64,000 nt of DNA from positions 11,775-75,774 of the forward strand of contig CAZBZS010000004.1 of assembly GCA_964496475.1 (NCBI GenBank), written 5' to 3'. Within the stretch, counting starts at the first letter, position 1. The number at the start of each line of letters is the position of its first letter. The notes under the pieces were generated by a model, which had not been told where the DNA came from, made no database searches, and worked only from the letters and a program-made list of their open reading frames with translations. Origin of the DNA: an uncultured Chloroflexota bacterium (lineage in GTDB: Bacteria; Chloroflexota; UBA11872; VXNJ01). Shown in pieces: positions 37,023 through 46,417 of the stretch. The translations under genes were made by a program, and so were the position numbers.

Positions 37023-39209
37023 GTGCTGATCCTGCTCGTCATGACGCTCGTCGGGTTGCCGCTCTCTCACATCCTCTTCCCACGCCTGCCTTCCCGCGGC
37101 TATCTGCTGGCCAAACCGCTGGGTCTGCTGGCGTTTAGCTTCGTGAGCTGGCTGCTGTTGTTCACGGGAGCGTTTGCCAACGGACGCTCTTATCAAATGA
37201 TCTTGCTATTCGTCCTGGTGCTAGCTGCCTTGGTCGCGTACCGTAGCCTTCCCGATCTGGCGGAGGAGCTCCGCGCCCGCCAATGGCAAATCGTCATCGG
37301 CGAAGTCGTGTTTGCGGTCGCGTTTCTGTTGTTCGCGCTTTACCGGGCCCGCAATCCCGACATCGCCGGCACGGAGAAACCGATGGAATTCGCGATGTTG
37401 AGTTCGGTCATGCGCAGCGCCACTTTCCCGCCCATCGATCCTTGGCTCTCAGGTCTTCCGGTCAACTACTACTACTTCGGGTATTCCGTCGGCGGGGCGC
37501 TGGCGAATCTGGCCGGAACCGCGGCGGCCATCGCCTTCAACCTCTTGCTGATAACCGTCTTCGCACTGACCGCACTCGTAACTTTCTCGCTCGGCCACGA
37601 CCTGCTGGCACTGGCCCGCGAGAGGTCAACCGCGATCGAGCGCAACGTCACGGGCGGTCTGGCGGCCGTCTTCGTGCTGCTCGCCGGAAACCTGGGGGGC
37701 TACCGCTTTGTCATCGAACCCGCCTTCCGTAACGAAGACTTCTGGCGCGGAATCGGCTGGAACGCAAGTCGTGTCCTCCAACGCAACAATGAATCCGGGG
37801 AACTTCAGGATTACACGATCAACGAATTTCCGGCTTTTTCGTTTGTGCTTGGCGATCTGCACCCCCACGTAATAGCGCTGCCGTTCACCATGCTGGCGGT
37901 CGCCATCGCTCTAAGCTGGTTGCTTGTCTGGGGTGACAGGGATTCTTCCTTCCGGGAGACGATCCCACTGGCCGTGGTCACGGCGCTGCTGCTCGGCGCT
38001 CTGAATGTCACCAATCCCTGGGACTTTCCCAGCTTCACCGTACTCATCGCCCTAGCCGGGTTGACCGGGCTGTATTTTTTTGGTGACCGCCGGCGCTGGA
38101 CCGATCTCGTTATTCATCTCGCCGCCGCCGTAGGGCTCTCGCTGCTGCTGTACCTTCCCTACCATCTGCACTTCGAACCGTTCATAAGTCAGCTGGGACT
38201 GGTCTCTGTCAGGTCGGCGGTCGGCCCGTTCGTCATCATCTTCGGCTTCTGGATCGTGGCGGCCGTCCTTTTGCTCGCTCACCGGCTGGGGCGCGATTCG
38301 CTCTCCGGCCGCTGGATGGTGCTGGCCGTGGGCGCCGTTGTCGTGGTGCTCTGGTTGAGCAATGTGCCGGCCGGCGTCCTGCTTCTGTGCGCGCTGCTGG
38401 CCGCGGCGATGGCATACCTTGGCGTCCGCCAGTCCGATGGCCAGCCCCGCCGCGCCGCCCTGCCGCTGGTCTTTTTCACCGGATTTGGGCTGGCGGCCGT
38501 GCCGGAACTCGTCTTCGTAGACGACTTCTTCGGGCCGCCCTACGAGCGGATGAACACGGTTTTTAAGATTTACTTCCAGGCCTGGCCGCTGCTGGCGGTG
38601 GCCTCGGCGCCGGCGATATACCTGTTCTTGCGCCGGGTCTGGAGTCGTTTGGGCGAGACCGGCGCGCTCGCCACGGGCGCCACCGCAGTCGTGGCCATCC
38701 TGTTTTTCGTAGCCATCATCTACCCGTTTGCCGCGGGCCGCGCCCGGATCGGGGGCAGTCAGCCCGCCACGCTTGACGGCTTGGCCTTCGCCCGTCGCAG
38801 CTGGCCCGCCGAGGTCCGGGCCGCCGAATGGCTCCGCGCCGAGGCCCCAGCCGGCTCCGTGGTCCTGGAAGCTGCCGGCAACGCCTACACCGACTACGCC
38901 CGCGTCTCCGCCTGGACCGGCATACCGACGGTGATCGGCTGGGACCAGCACGAGGCGCTCTGGCGGGGGGGGCGCCAGGAAGTAGATCCACGGGTGATTG
39001 ATGTCGACGCCATTTACCAAGGCCGGGGCCGCGGCGACACTCTGGATCTGCTCCACAAATACGATGTCCGTTACGTCTTCGTTGGCCGCCTCGAACGCGA
39101 AAAATACGGACTTGACGTCGCCACTCGTTTCACCGGATATCCGCTGCTGTTTGAAATCCGGGGCGAAGTGTCAATTTTCGGGGTGCCGCTCAGCACCCCC
39201 GGAGGTTAG
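37023..39209 (+). CDS. DUF2298 (Chlor_Arch_YYY, TIGR03662-like) membrane protein
   Basis: 728 aa. GTEKPMEFAMLSSVMRSATFPPIDPWLSGLPVNYYYFGY. The C-terminal domain TGIPTVIGWDQHEALWRG...FVGRLEREKY parallels the upstream paralogue. Confidence 0.85.
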   Translation: MLILLVMTLVGLPLSHILFPRLPSRGYLLAKPLGLLAFSFVSWLLLFTGAFANGRSYQMILLFVLVLAALVAYRSLPDLAEELRARQWQIVIGEVVFAVAFLLFALYRARNPDIAGTEKPMEFAMLSSVMRSATFPPIDPWLSGLPVNYYYFGYSVGGALANLAGTAAAIAFNLLLITVFALTALVTFSLGHDLLALARERSTAIERNVTGGLAAVFVLLAGNLGGYRFVIEPAFRNEDFWRGIGWNASRVLQRNNESGELQDYTINEFPAFSFVLGDLHPHVIALPFTMLAVAIALSWLLVWGDRDSSFRETIPLAVVTALLLGALNVTNPWDFPSFTVLIALAGLTGLYFFGDRRRWTDLVIHLAAAVGLSLLLYLPYHLHFEPFISQLGLVSVRSAVGPFVIIFGFWIVAAVLLLAHRLGRDSLSGRWMVLAVGAVVVVLWLSNVPAGVLLLCALLAAAMAYLGVRQSDGQPRRAALPLVFFTGFGLAAVPELVFVDDFFGPPYERMNTVFKIYFQAWPLLAVASAPAIYLFLRRVWSRLGETGALATGATAVVAILFFVAIIYPFAAGRARIGGSQPATLDGLAFARRSWPAEVRAAEWLRAEAPAGSVVLEAAGNAYTDYARVSAWTGIPTVIGWDQHEALWRGGRQEVDPRVIDVDAIYQGRGRGDTLDLLHKYDVRYVFVGRLEREKYGLDVATRFTGYPLLFEIRGEVSIFGVPLSTPGG

Positions 39210-39212
39210 GCA

Positions 39213-40961
39213 GTGGGTGCTGTTGATCCCGTCCTGAAATGGAGTTTCTGGCGGCAGATCGTAAGGCTCCCGCTGCCGGGCGGACGGGGGCTGGAACTGG
39301 CCCGCTGGGAGATGCTGCTATACGCCGCCATCATTGTGGCGGTCGTGGCCACCCGGTTCCTGGCACTCGATGTCCGCGCCTACCACCATGACGAAAGCAT
39401 CCACGCCAAGACCTCCTGGGACATCATGAACGGTGTGGCCTACCGCTACAACCCCGTGTATCACGGTCCTTTCCAGTACTTCGCGACCGCCGCCGTATTC
39501 AAAGTCTTCCGCGCCGGTGACTTTGCCGGCCGCATCATGCCCGCCATCTTCGGCGCGGCCACCATCTTCGCCATTCCCTGGCTTTACCGGAATCACCTGG
39601 GCCGGCACGGCACCTGGATCGTCATGGTCGCCCTGACCCTGTCCACCGGGTTCATGTACTTCTCGCGCTTCGCCCGTAACGATATCTACGTCGCGTTCTG
39701 GACCGTGCTCTTGTTCGGCGCGTTACTCCGTTACATCGATCGGCCGCAGCGGCGCTGGGTGGTTCTGGCCGCGGGCTCGCTCGGGCTCTTCTTCGTCACC
39801 AAGGAGAACGCGTACATCGTCGGATTTATCTTCGTCAGCTTCGTCGTATTGCTGGCGCTGTGGACGTTCCGCGGTCGACGCGGCCGGGATGCCGCCGACG
39901 AGACGGTCGGTCGGTTTCGAACCGCGTTCCAGGTGCTGGGACGGGATGTTGATGGGTTGGCCTACGCGCTTTTGCTGTTCCTGGGCGTGATTTTCATATT
40001 CATGACCTCTTTCTTCACTTACCTGCCCGGATTTCGAGAGGGCATCATCACATCCTTTACCGTCTGGGCGGACATCAACGAATCGCAGAGGGTGAATCAG
40101 CCATGGTTCTTCTACTTTATATTCACCGGCGTTTACGAGGCTTTCGCCGCGCTCCTGGGTCTGGCCGGCATCGTGCAGGCCATCCGCCGGCCGAAGCTAT
40201 TGCCGGTGCTCTTGGTGTACTGGACGGTGCTGAGCTTCTTCATCTACTCGATCGCCGGCGAAAAGGCGGCCTGGCTCTCGCTGCATCCCACCCTGCCGCT
40301 TACGCTGCTGGCCTCGTGGTATGTGGGGGATAGATTCGAGCGAATCCGGTCCTTCGGCGGACGGGCTGCGGTGGCTCTCATCGCCATCGTCCTACTCGGC
40401 TGGACCGCCGGAAATTCCGTAAGGGTAACCTTCGTTTACCGAGATGTACCCAACGATTTTGTCATCTACACGCAGACCTCCCGGGACGTTCTGGAGACCC
40501 TGGAGATTATCGAGGAGGCCGGCCGCCGCACCGGCGAGGGATCCGGCATCCCGATCTTCCTGCATGCCGAGACCCACTGGCCTTATGCCTGGTATCTGCG
40601 CGACTACACCGCCATCTACTACGCCCCGAACATGACCGAGCTTCCGACGCAGAAGATCGTGCTAGCCGGCGACGCTAGCGCTCGCGAGTTCGGCTATCTC
40701 TTCGTCGATCATGTAGGTATCGAAATGAAACTCCGCGAGTGGTTTCCCGAGCAGGTTTACAGGGATTGGGATTGGAGTTCTCTGGGCAGCGCCCTCCAGA
40801 AGGACAATCTTTTGAAACTCTATCGCTTCTATTTCTTCAGGGAGCCGCCCGAGAGCCTGGGATCGTCTAATTACCTCCTTTACATCCACAAGGATCTCTT
40901 GCAGGCCGGACCGCTGGGGCGGTTTACCCTGCTGCCGCCGTCGGCGCCCGCCGGCCCCTGA
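39213..40961 (+). CDS. TIGR03663 / Agl23-like GT-C family membrane protein
   Basis: 582 aa. RAYHHDESIHAKTSW...YNPVYHGPFQYF carries the invariant DE and HGP of the family. GGAGG lies 7 nt before the GTG, and the gap to the upstream stop is 3 nt. Confidence 0.85.
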   Translation: MGAVDPVLKWSFWRQIVRLPLPGGRGLELARWEMLLYAAIIVAVVATRFLALDVRAYHHDESIHAKTSWDIMNGVAYRYNPVYHGPFQYFATAAVFKVFRAGDFAGRIMPAIFGAATIFAIPWLYRNHLGRHGTWIVMVALTLSTGFMYFSRFARNDIYVAFWTVLLFGALLRYIDRPQRRWVVLAAGSLGLFFVTKENAYIVGFIFVSFVVLLALWTFRGRRGRDAADETVGRFRTAFQVLGRDVDGLAYALLLFLGVIFIFMTSFFTYLPGFREGIITSFTVWADINESQRVNQPWFFYFIFTGVYEAFAALLGLAGIVQAIRRPKLLPVLLVYWTVLSFFIYSIAGEKAAWLSLHPTLPLTLLASWYVGDRFERIRSFGGRAAVALIAIVLLGWTAGNSVRVTFVYRDVPNDFVIYTQTSRDVLETLEIIEEAGRRTGEGSGIPIFLHAETHWPYAWYLRDYTAIYYAPNMTELPTQKIVLAGDASAREFGYLFVDHVGIEMKLREWFPEQVYRDWDWSSLGSALQKDNLLKLYRFYFFREPPESLGSSNYLLYIHKDLLQAGPLGRFTLLPPSAPAGP

Positions 40962-40964
40962 GAA

Positions 40965-41978
40965 TTGAGCCGCCGAGCGCTACTCAGGTCGGCGATTGGG
41001 TTGCCGTTGAGCGCCGTATTTCTCTGGCTGGCGCTTCGCAACGTCGATCTTGGAACGGCCGTCGCGCGGATCGCCGAATCCGATCTTGCCTTCGTTTTCG
41101 CGGCCGCGGTCGTATTGATGTTCGGGATATGGCTCCGGGCCGTACGCTGGCGAATCTTGCTGGCTCCGCTGGGACGAACCACGGTGATGCAGTCGTTCTC
41201 AGCGCTCTCGATCGGCTACCTCGCCAACAACGCCTTACCCGCGCGACTGGGGGAGATCGTCCGGGTCGTCGTCCTCCACCGCGATACCGGCATCCCCCGT
41301 TCCGGCGCGGTTGGCACCATCGTCGCCGAGCGCCTTTTCGATGTTCTCACGCTACTTCTTATGCTTGGCGTCGCCGCCCTGGTGTCCGGCTGGGAGAATC
41401 CTTGGGCCGGCCTGCTGGGTCTGCTCGGGGTAGCCGCCGCACTCGGTCTCGTCGTGGTATATCTGGTTGCCGCCCGCTCCGTCATCCTGCCGACGCGACT
41501 CTCTCGCCCGTTCGTTCCGGTCGTCGGCCGCCTGCCCCGCCGGCTCGTCGAGTTGGCCGGTGGCTTCTTGGCCGGGTTTGCCAACGTGGCTTCCGCCAGG
41601 ACCATCGTGCAAATTTTTTCGCTTTCGCTGCTCTCCTGGACGGTTGAGGCTACGGTCTACTATCTGATGCTGCTCGCCTTGGACATCGGCGCCGGCGGAT
41701 ATTGGATGGGAATGCTGGTGTCGTCGCTCTCCAACCTGGCCGGGGTGATCCCGGCCGGGCCGGCGAACCTGGGACCGTTCGAATATTTCGCCAGGGAGAC
41801 TCTGCTTGGGTTTGCGCTATCCGCCGAGACCGCCGTTGCCTTTGCGGTCGCCACTCACCTGCTCCTCATCTTCCCGCCGAGCGTCATCGGAGGGCTTTTG
41901 CTCATTCGCGCGGGACTTCGTTGGCGTGCCGGCGGCGCCGAGAATGTTGATCGCGACGGACCGCCTGAGCCGGGGTAA
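40965..41978 (+). CDS. lysylphosphatidylglycerol-synthase-TM-region / UPF0104 'flippase-like' membrane protein
   Basis: 337 aa with about 8 TM segments. The N-terminus is LWLALRNVDL...WLRAVRWRILLAPLG. The gap to the upstream stop is 3 nt. Confidence 0.8.
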   Translation: MSRRALLRSAIGLPLSAVFLWLALRNVDLGTAVARIAESDLAFVFAAAVVLMFGIWLRAVRWRILLAPLGRTTVMQSFSALSIGYLANNALPARLGEIVRVVVLHRDTGIPRSGAVGTIVAERLFDVLTLLLMLGVAALVSGWENPWAGLLGLLGVAAALGLVVVYLVAARSVILPTRLSRPFVPVVGRLPRRLVELAGGFLAGFANVASARTIVQIFSLSLLSWTVEATVYYLMLLALDIGAGGYWMGMLVSSLSNLAGVIPAGPANLGPFEYFARETLLGFALSAETAVAFAVATHLLLIFPPSVIGGLLLIRAGLRWRAGGAENVDRDGPPEPG

Positions 41979-41990
41979 CCTGATCCGATC

Positions 41991-43322
41991 ATGAGCATCC
42001 AATCCGATCCCAGCGTCGCCATCATCGGGGCGGGCATAACGGGCCTTACCGCCGCCTTTGAGCTGTCTCGCCGCGGTTTTGTCGTCGATGTCTACGAGGC
42101 GGCCTCCACCATCGGCGGCGAGCTGGGTGTTATCGAGGTGAACGGCGAACCCGTCGAACGCTACTACCATCACCTTTTCCGGGGAGATTCCGAAATCATC
42201 GGCCTGCTCGGTCAACTGGGTATCGACCATCTGCTGGAATGGCGCTCGCCGCCGATGGGGTTCTATTCCGACGGCCGTCTCTTCAATTTCACCACTCCGA
42301 TCGATCTGCTCCGGTTCAAGCCCCTGCCGCTCCTCGATCGCCTGCGGATGGCGTTCTCCACCGTGTACCTCCAGCGAATTAGAAACTACACTCGTTTTGA
42401 GGATGTCCGCGCCTCGGATTACCTTCCCCGAATCACCGGGCGCCAGGCCTTCGAGACCATCTGGCGACCGTTGTTGATGGCCAAATTCGGGGAGCAATGG
42501 GGCGAAATTTCCATGGCCTGGTTCTGGGGCAGGGTGCACGTGCGTTTCCAGTCCCGTAGCCGGTCCGGGCTGCGGGAAGAGCTCGGTTACATTCGGGGAA
42601 GCTTCGCCCGGATCAGTCAGGCCTTAGCGGACCACGTGAGCGATCACGGAGGGCGCATTTTTCCGAAAATGCCGGTGGAGGCGATCGTGCAGCACGAGGG
42701 CAGTGCGACCGGCATTCGGGTCGCTGGCGAGGAACGTGCCTACAATCACGTTATCGGAACAGTCGGCCTGCCCATCCTGCGACGGCTGCTCGGCCCGGGC
42801 CAGATCAGCGATAGCTACGGCGCCATCGATTATCGCGCCGCCCTGGTGATGTTGATGAGGCTCGACCGGCCGTCAGGGGATCGATACTGGACTAACATCG
42901 GCGACCCGGAGCCGCCATTCGCCGGACTGATCGAGCACACGAATTTCATCCCACCGGAACGTTACGGCGGCGCTCACCTGCTCTACGTCAGCAACTACGT
43001 CCGACCCGACGATCGATTGTTCAAGCTCACCGACGACGAGCTTTTTGATGAGTATGTGCCGCACATCGCGCGGATCCTGCCTGGATTCAATCCCGAGGCC
43101 GTGATCGAGCGCTGGGTCTCTCGCGACCCGGTCGCTCAGCCGGTGATTACGGCTGGGTATCAGCGACGCATCCCGCCGTTCCGCAGCGAGGTGCCGAGGT
43201 TTTACGTATGCAACACGTCACAGATATATCCGGAAGATCGCGGTACGAATTACAACGTGCGAATCGCCCGCCAGGTAGTCCGTTGTATCTGTGAGGATAC
43301 CGGCGTGGATTTCGACGGGTAG
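41991..43322 (+). CDS. FAD/NAD(P)-dependent oxidoreductase (amine-oxidase / CrtI-HemY-like fold)
   Basis: 443 aa. VAIIGAGITGLTAAFELSRRGFVVDVYEA dinucleotide-binding motif. The gap to the upstream gene is 12 nt. Confidence 0.8.
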   Translation: MSIQSDPSVAIIGAGITGLTAAFELSRRGFVVDVYEAASTIGGELGVIEVNGEPVERYYHHLFRGDSEIIGLLGQLGIDHLLEWRSPPMGFYSDGRLFNFTTPIDLLRFKPLPLLDRLRMAFSTVYLQRIRNYTRFEDVRASDYLPRITGRQAFETIWRPLLMAKFGEQWGEISMAWFWGRVHVRFQSRSRSGLREELGYIRGSFARISQALADHVSDHGGRIFPKMPVEAIVQHEGSATGIRVAGEERAYNHVIGTVGLPILRRLLGPGQISDSYGAIDYRAALVMLMRLDRPSGDRYWTNIGDPEPPFAGLIEHTNFIPPERYGGAHLLYVSNYVRPDDRLFKLTDDELFDEYVPHIARILPGFNPEAVIERWVSRDPVAQPVITAGYQRRIPPFRSEVPRFYVCNTSQIYPEDRGTNYNVRIARQVVRCICEDTGVDFDG

Positions 43323-43334
43323 TCCGCGGGACGC

Positions 43335-44057
43335 CTAGATCAGCAGCAGGCGCTCGTCCTCGCTGATCCCGCTGGTGGCCAGCGTCGGCACCCGGTCGCT
43401 GCGGTCCACTTGCGCGCAGAAATCCAGGTCCGCCTCCAGGCCGATCGCCATCAGCCGCCGCCCGCTGTCCGAGATTCGTAACATCGCCGGGAGGTCTTGG
43501 TACGCCTGCGCCAGCGCGACGGCGGCCAGTGCCGAGTCGTCCGCCGCCCCACCCATCTCCACGAGCCGACTCGCGAATAAGCCGGCGCAAACGGCGTCGT
43601 CCAGCGCGAACCGTCGGTGGCTTCCCGCACAGACGATCTTCACCGTTCCCGGATCGGTTGCCGCCGCCCGCTCGGCGGCCGCCGTCAGATTCAGGAAACT
43701 CGCCATCGAGACATGTTTCGCCGCCGCCGCCATTCGCGCCGCCCGCGGCCCGTTGACGGTGCCGAAGACGATCTCCCGCTCGCCGAAATCCATTTCGGCG
43801 ACCTCGCGGGGAGAATTGCCCATTTCAAAGCGGGGTAGAGGTAGGCCGTCCAGCTCTCCGCCCGCCCAGGCGTGCGGGCGTTCACGGTCGCGATACTCCA
43901 GGGCCTCGCGGGCGCTGTCAGCCAGGTAGATAGGCGGATTACCATTCGCCGCGATAACGGCCAGCGTCGCGCCCGAGCGGACCGCGTCGACCACAATGGC
44001 GGCATCTTCAACGCCGTAACCCATGTCTTCTGGAAGAAAGGCCACGGCAACTCGCAT
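43335..44057 (-). CDS. 2-phosphosulfolactate phosphatase (ComB) family protein
   Basis: 240 aa. The N-terminus AIVVDAVRSGATLAVIAANG resembles the ComB VIDVLRAT motif. The assignment is moderate. Confidence 0.65.
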   Translation of the reverse strand: MRVAVAFLPEDMGYGVEDAAIVVDAVRSGATLAVIAANGNPPIYLADSAREALEYRDRERPHAWAGGELDGLPLPRFEMGNSPREVAEMDFGEREIVFGTVNGPRAARMAAAAKHVSMASFLNLTAAAERAAATDPGTVKIVCAGSHRRFALDDAVCAGLFASRLVEMGGAADDSALAAVALAQAYQDLPAMLRISDSGRRLMAIGLEADLDFCAQVDRSDRVPTLATSGISEDERLLLI

Positions 44058-44082
44058 GCTTCTCTCCGCCTCCCGGCGGCCG

Positions 44083-44889
44083 CTAGACCTTCGTGTAGTC
44101 GGTGCTGGCGATCTCGGTGCCGTCGTCCAGCTTCTCCAGCCGGTAGTCGCCGAACATGTTCGGCGCGTCCTCCTGCAAGATTTTGAGAATTCCGCCGGCT
44201 ACCTTCCGAATTTCCACCTCGGCGTGCTCGCTGGCGCGGAGCTCGATGAAATGCCGCAGCGCGCGGGCGTTGGCGGTGACGAAAATCTTTGTTTCGGTCG
44301 CGTTGGGTAGAACGCTTCGCGCAGCCTGCCGCGCCAGCTTTCGCCGCAGAGTTTTGTTATGGACGTGAGCGAACTGTTTACGCAACTTCTTCGCCAGCAC
44401 CCGGTACGCCTGCTGCGCCTGGCCGATGGACTCCATCCAGACGGCGTGCGACTCCGGGTCGTCAGCGATGCAGTCGGGCTCGATGAACTCGGCCTTCGAT
44501 TCGTTCACGTATCGCTGGCTCAGCTGACTGTAGCCAAAGCCGGCCCGATGCCGGACCAGCTCATGGCTGAACGTGCGCGACACGCCGGTGATGATGAAGT
44601 TCCAGACGGCGTGCTCCAGCACGCTTCCGTGCCCCGACGAAAGGATATTGCCCAGGTACTCCTGATTGCTGCCCCGACCCTTGCCAAAGGACATGTAGCA
44701 AACCCGCCCGGCCGCCTCGGATATCAACTGCGCCGGCACCTGCGTATCCGGAGTCCACTCCATACCGTGATCACGCAGAAAGTCCTCCATTCCGCCCTCG
44801 TCCACCACCTGCTTCCCCACCAGGTATATACGCGGGTCTCTGATTATTTGCAGTTCGGCCTGTTCCGAGGTGGCTGGTGTCGTACTCAT
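44083..44889 (-). CDS. thyX: FAD-dependent thymidylate synthase
   Basis: ThyX motif SHELVRHRAGFGYSQLSQRY (RHRxxSxxxxSxR). The ATG at 44889 has AGGAG 4 nt upstream. The longer ORF to 44934 is less likely. Confidence 0.9.
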   Translation of the reverse strand: MSTTPATSEQAELQIIRDPRIYLVGKQVVDEGGMEDFLRDHGMEWTPDTQVPAQLISEAAGRVCYMSFGKGRGSNQEYLGNILSSGHGSVLEHAVWNFIITGVSRTFSHELVRHRAGFGYSQLSQRYVNESKAEFIEPDCIADDPESHAVWMESIGQAQQAYRVLAKKLRKQFAHVHNKTLRRKLARQAARSVLPNATETKIFVTANARALRHFIELRASEHAEVEIRKVAGGILKILQEDAPNMFGDYRLEKLDDGTEIASTDYTKV

Positions 44890-44933
44890 CACTCTCCTAC
44901 TGTTAGCCGTATGATTGTTCGCGTGAGCTTTCA

Positions 44934-45269
44934 TTGCAAATTACCATCGCGCCAGCTTCCGTGACCGGCCCCGGCGAGTCCGAGTTCGAGCGAACTTTGC
45001 CGCAGGGTGACTGGTACATCATTCCTCCCATCGAGGGCGACTGGAAAATTGACGCGGTCCCCGACGGCGATGGTGGCCAGCATCTCACAATGATCTACGC
45101 GGAGGGCTACTCGGCCAGCGTCCACATGAAAGGCAACGGCGTCCTCCAGGTGAGCCTGTACCGTAACGACTCGCCTCATCCCATGGAGATCGACCAGAGC
45201 AACCTGCACATCTGGTTCCGCGACCGCCAGGACGAACCGCCTGTTGCACTCAAGAACGGGCACGAATGA
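44934..45269 (+). CDS. hypothetical protein
   Basis: 111-aa ORF with a TTG start. Its stop overlaps the start of the next gene (ATGA). No motif was recognised. Confidence 0.4.
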   Translation: MQITIAPASVTGPGESEFERTLPQGDWYIIPPIEGDWKIDAVPDGDGGQHLTMIYAEGYSASVHMKGNGVLQVSLYRNDSPHPMEIDQSNLHIWFRDRQDEPPVALKNGHE

Positions 45270-46417
45270 TACGTGACCTGCAGCGCTGGCTCTGGCTCGC
45301 GGGTGGCGCCGCCGCGGTTGTCAGCGCCGGGTCCGGCTGGTGGAGCAATCGCCAATCGGCCAGCCTGATCGACTGGAAGCTTGCCCGCCGCATAGCCGGG
45401 AGGATTAGCCGTCGCGATGGCATCCCGCTCACCAGCGCCGCCGAGATCGATTACGAGGCCCTCTCCGTCGAGTGTCGGGTCGCCGTAAGCAACTATTTCC
45501 GCCGGGAGATTGACCGTGACGGCGCCGGAGTCATCCCTATAAACCGCGACGCTTGGATCGACCTCAACATCCGCAATTTCACCAAGATGCTCGAACCGGT
45601 GGAATCTGCCTACGCCAACCTGAAGAAACGCAGCGGCATAGGCGGAGCGCTCATCTCATTGCCCGCCCGGGTCGCCGTCAGCCTGCAAATGGGTTTCATG
45701 CTCGGCTTTCTCTCCCGTCGCGTGCTCGGACAGTACGATATCCCGCTGCTGGAAGCGGGAGAGGGTAAGACCTACCTCGTGGAACCGAATATCGAGGCGG
45801 TGGCTCGCAAGGCAAGCGTGGACCCGGTCGCCATGCGACGCTGGGTCGCGCTGCACGAGATAACCCACGCCCTGGAGTTCGAGTCCACCCCATGGCTCCG
45901 GGAGCATCTGGCCGGTCTATTGCGGGATTACCTGGGGGAGATCGCCAGCACGATCGACGATCCGGGCCGCGTCCGCAGGCAGGCCGCGGCTGCCTGCGGT
46001 AAGTCCGCGGTGCCCGGCCTTCGCGAAGGCGTTCTGTTGGGACTGTTGCTCTCACCCCGACAGCGCGAAATCGTCGCCCAGATTCAGGGAGTCATGTCCC
46101 TGATGGAGGGCTACAGCAACCATGCCATGCGCAATACCGGGGCGAAGCTTATACCTGGCTACCAGCTACTGGATCGACGAATGCGAAAAAGGGAGCAATC
46201 CCGAGGGATGACCTTCAACGTGATTGCCCGGCTGCTCGGACTCGAGCTCAAACTCCAGCAGTATCGGCTGGGCGAAAGATTTGTGAACCTTGTGGTCGAG
46301 CGTGGGGGCACCGAACTTCTCAATCGAGCCTGGGAGTCTCCTGAGAACCTGCCTACTCTGACCGAGATCGAACACGCGGAGACTTGGATTCAGAGAATCA
46401 ATGCCGGCGCCGGTTAG
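45266..46417 (+). CDS. zinc metalloprotease-like hydrolase (DUF2342 / TIGR03624-like)
   Basis: 383 aa. IDWKLARRIAGRI N-terminus and the HExxH motif in ALHEITHALEF. Confidence 0.78.
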   Translation: MIRDLQRWLWLAGGAAAVVSAGSGWWSNRQSASLIDWKLARRIAGRISRRDGIPLTSAAEIDYEALSVECRVAVSNYFRREIDRDGAGVIPINRDAWIDLNIRNFTKMLEPVESAYANLKKRSGIGGALISLPARVAVSLQMGFMLGFLSRRVLGQYDIPLLEAGEGKTYLVEPNIEAVARKASVDPVAMRRWVALHEITHALEFESTPWLREHLAGLLRDYLGEIASTIDDPGRVRRQAAAACGKSAVPGLREGVLLGLLLSPRQREIVAQIQGVMSLMEGYSNHAMRNTGAKLIPGYQLLDRRMRKREQSRGMTFNVIARLLGLELKLQQYRLGERFVNLVVERGGTELLNRAWESPENLPTLTEIEHAETWIQRINAGAG

